A stretch of DNA of 52,139 nucleotides from Psammoneis japonica (Eukaryota): positions 372,001 through 424,139 of the forward strand of contig QPGO01000062.1 in the NCBI GenBank assembly GCA_008632985.1. The letters run 5' to 3'. Below are positions 50,227 through 52,139 of the stretch, in pieces. Made by a program: the position numbers and the translations under genes. How positions within the stretch are numbered: position 1 is the first letter of the stretch; each line of letters starts with the position of its first letter. The notes under the pieces were generated by a model that saw only the letters and a program-made list of their open reading frames with translations, searched no databases and was not told the DNA's origin.

Positions 50227-51585
50227 CTATTTCTGCGGCTTCAAGCACTTCTTAATGAATTGACGCGACACTTTTCGTGGCCTTGTATCACAATGAGACA
50301 CGATCCTCGGTTTAGCTGCCATTTGTTGTTCAAGGGCTTGGGCAAAGTGAAGCATTCGATCATCTTGGTAGTTGTTGGCGTAGGTTTGGAACAAGTCAAA
50401 GTAGCTCGCGGGTGAACAGCCCTTGCATCGACGAAACTTGTCCACGAATTCGGATGCGCAGGTTCGTTCATAAAATTCTTGTCGACTCTTGGTCCTATAA
50501 TGAAATATCTGTATATCGTTTCCAACAACCTTTTCATCAAGATACCTTGGATCGGAAGCCTCTTGTTTGCCGTCGGTAAAGGTTGCGATTTTGGTCGATA
50601 CATCATCGGCCAGTTTGTGTCTGTGAGGATTGTGGCACTTGGCTCTGCTCGTTTTCGTCTTTTTTAGCTTGGTCTCAAGACGACGGCATTTCAGTGCCAT
50701 GTCTGTCACCAAAGTCATGCTCTTGGTATTGTCAAAGGAATGTCGAGTATGGTGCGTTTCGCAGTACGAATTCGGCGCGGTTTTGTTGAACAGTCGTCGA
50801 CGCTGCTGGTGCTTACCACCACGAGTGCAATTCTTAACCTCGAAACGACGAGTAAAGCGTTTCATCACCATTTCATTTTCATATTTCTCTTGACCAGAAG
50901 CGCCAAAGGTAAGTCTAGGAATACGCACGCTCCTTGTCAAACTGTTGGATTTTAGCATCAGCCGCACAGCATGCTTGATGGTTGGAACACCAAACCTTAC
51001 GTTGAACCAAACAAATTCGTCCGGATCTTGAGTCAACATCCACGTCCGATTCGCTTCTTTTTGTTTCAACAAATGATTGGCACACGAGGTAAAGACGGCG
51101 CTTTCTCCACCACTGTGGTAACTGTCTTTGTCAATGTCGTCGGGAAGCCGAGTTACAATGCCTTGCTCTGCATACGAGTCTAAAACACACTGTGTCGAAT
51201 CCGAGCTTTCGTGATTGAGCAGCAAAAAAGAGTCAAAGCCAATCATTCGGTGATGTTCGATCCACTCTTCAAGATATGGTGCCTCGTTTCTGATCATAAA
51301 GTCGACACGAACGGGACAAATATACGTGAGTAACATCGGACTCTGAAAGCGTAGCAAATTAGCGCCGCAGCTATATTTACGTGTAGCTCTTTGACGTACC
51401 GCACGCGAGCACAGATAACGAGTTTCAATCATTGTCAGAAGACTCGCTTCTGTTCCTTTGGTTTTCTTGGCGGCGGTTTTATCTTGTTTTGACACTTCAC
51501 CATCACGTTCAACCGCCGCTGTCCCGGCAAGGAAATACATGGCGTTTGTAAATACAAGAAAGGAACACACCGCAGCAATAAGCAT
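50227..51585 (-). CDS. Type II membrane GT-A glycosyltransferase (GT92 / GT2-like)
   Basis: N-terminal TM segment (LIAAVCSFLVFTNAMYFLAG), MIRNEAPYLEEWIEHH..IGFDSFLL....SSDST, DPDEF (DxD) and IFHYRTKS.QEF. Exact start and a possible intron near 51343-51399 are uncertain. Confidence 0.8.
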   Translation of the reverse strand: MLIAAVCSFLVFTNAMYFLAGTAAVERDGEVSKQDKTAAKKTKGTEASLLTMIETRYLCSRAVRQRATRKYSCGANLLRFQSPMLLTYICPVRVDFMIRNEAPYLEEWIEHHRMIGFDSFLLLNHESSDSTQCVLDSYAEQGIVTRLPDDIDKDSYHSGGESAVFTSCANHLLKQKEANRTWMLTQDPDEFVWFNVRFGVPTIKHAVRLMLKSNSLTRSVRIPRLTFGASGQEKYENEMVMKRFTRRFEVKNCTRGGKHQQRRRLFNKTAPNSYCETHHTRHSFDNTKSMTLVTDMALKCRRLETKLKKTKTSRAKCHNPHRHKLADDVSTKIATFTDGKQEASDPRYLDEKVVGNDIQIFHYRTKSRQEFYERTCASEFVDKFRRCKGCSPASYFDLFQTYANNYQDDRMLHFAQALEQQMAAKPRIVSHCDTRPRKVSRQFIKKCLKPQK

Positions 51586-52139
51586 GCGTAAGCCCAAATG
51601 GATCCATGGTGCTTGGCTCTTTTGAATGGAATGATAGTTCAAGAACAACACGAAAACGGTATGTTGTGAGGTTGAATCGGATTTGATTTGTTGTTTTTGT
51701 GAAGTTGTTTTTTGTCTCCACTGTTTGCTTTTTGAATTTCATAATACATATCCAGCTTTTAAGAAAGTATTTATGTTAATGGCGGGAACGTCTATAAATA
51801 ATAATTATTCATTACCTAATAAACCTTTAATTGATGTGAAATTAACAATATATTCAAGTTTGTATTTATTTATTTACATCCTTGAGAAATGGGAAAACTG
51901 TGGTCATCAGATTCATCAGCGCTCACTTTTTTTTGCTTTGTACACTGTTTTGGTGTTGTCCATCACAGGCGCTGCTAGTTGGGAAAAACCTACATACACT
52001 TGCCGCCATTGAATGTCGTCGTGGCGAAGAAAGGCAAGTGCGCGAAAAGAGGCAAACTCCTCACGCGGATGGACGGGTGGACGAAAGCAATAACTCCTCT
52101 GTCTGTCGGTCAGCAAGTGCGCACAATCGAGTTTCCAGT

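Overview
Eukaryotic nuclear DNA, most likely from a diatom (inferred from a Tic110-like gene with a bipartite signal + ASAF-type plastid presequence, short GT-AG introns and diatom-type Ty1/copia elements). Gene islands encode an ankyrin+TIR protein, two copies of a secreted beta-helix protein, a small hypothetical protein, an ELWxxD-repeat/TSP3 secreted protein, a Tic110-like protein and a glycosyltransferase. They alternate with repeat domains holding three Copia copies, three copies of a 395-bp MITE, two copies of a related 1.3-kb TIR element and older unrecognisable relics. The main result is a domain-restricted, double-strand TpA->TpG/CpA hypermutation (A:T->G:C at TA dinucleotides). It has removed nearly all TpA from the repeat domains (about 1-18250, 21330-22790, 24695-36110, 38890-42920) and left the genes untouched. 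Direct evidence comes from mutated versus intact MITE copies, the two LTRs of one insertion, reciprocal Tyr->Cys/His changes between Copia copies, and a duplicated host segment mutated only beyond a sharp border. It resembles RIP-type genome defence but has opposite chemistry to fungal RIP and is distinct from CpG decay, which follows it more slowly. All counts were made by eye, and no database searches were run.
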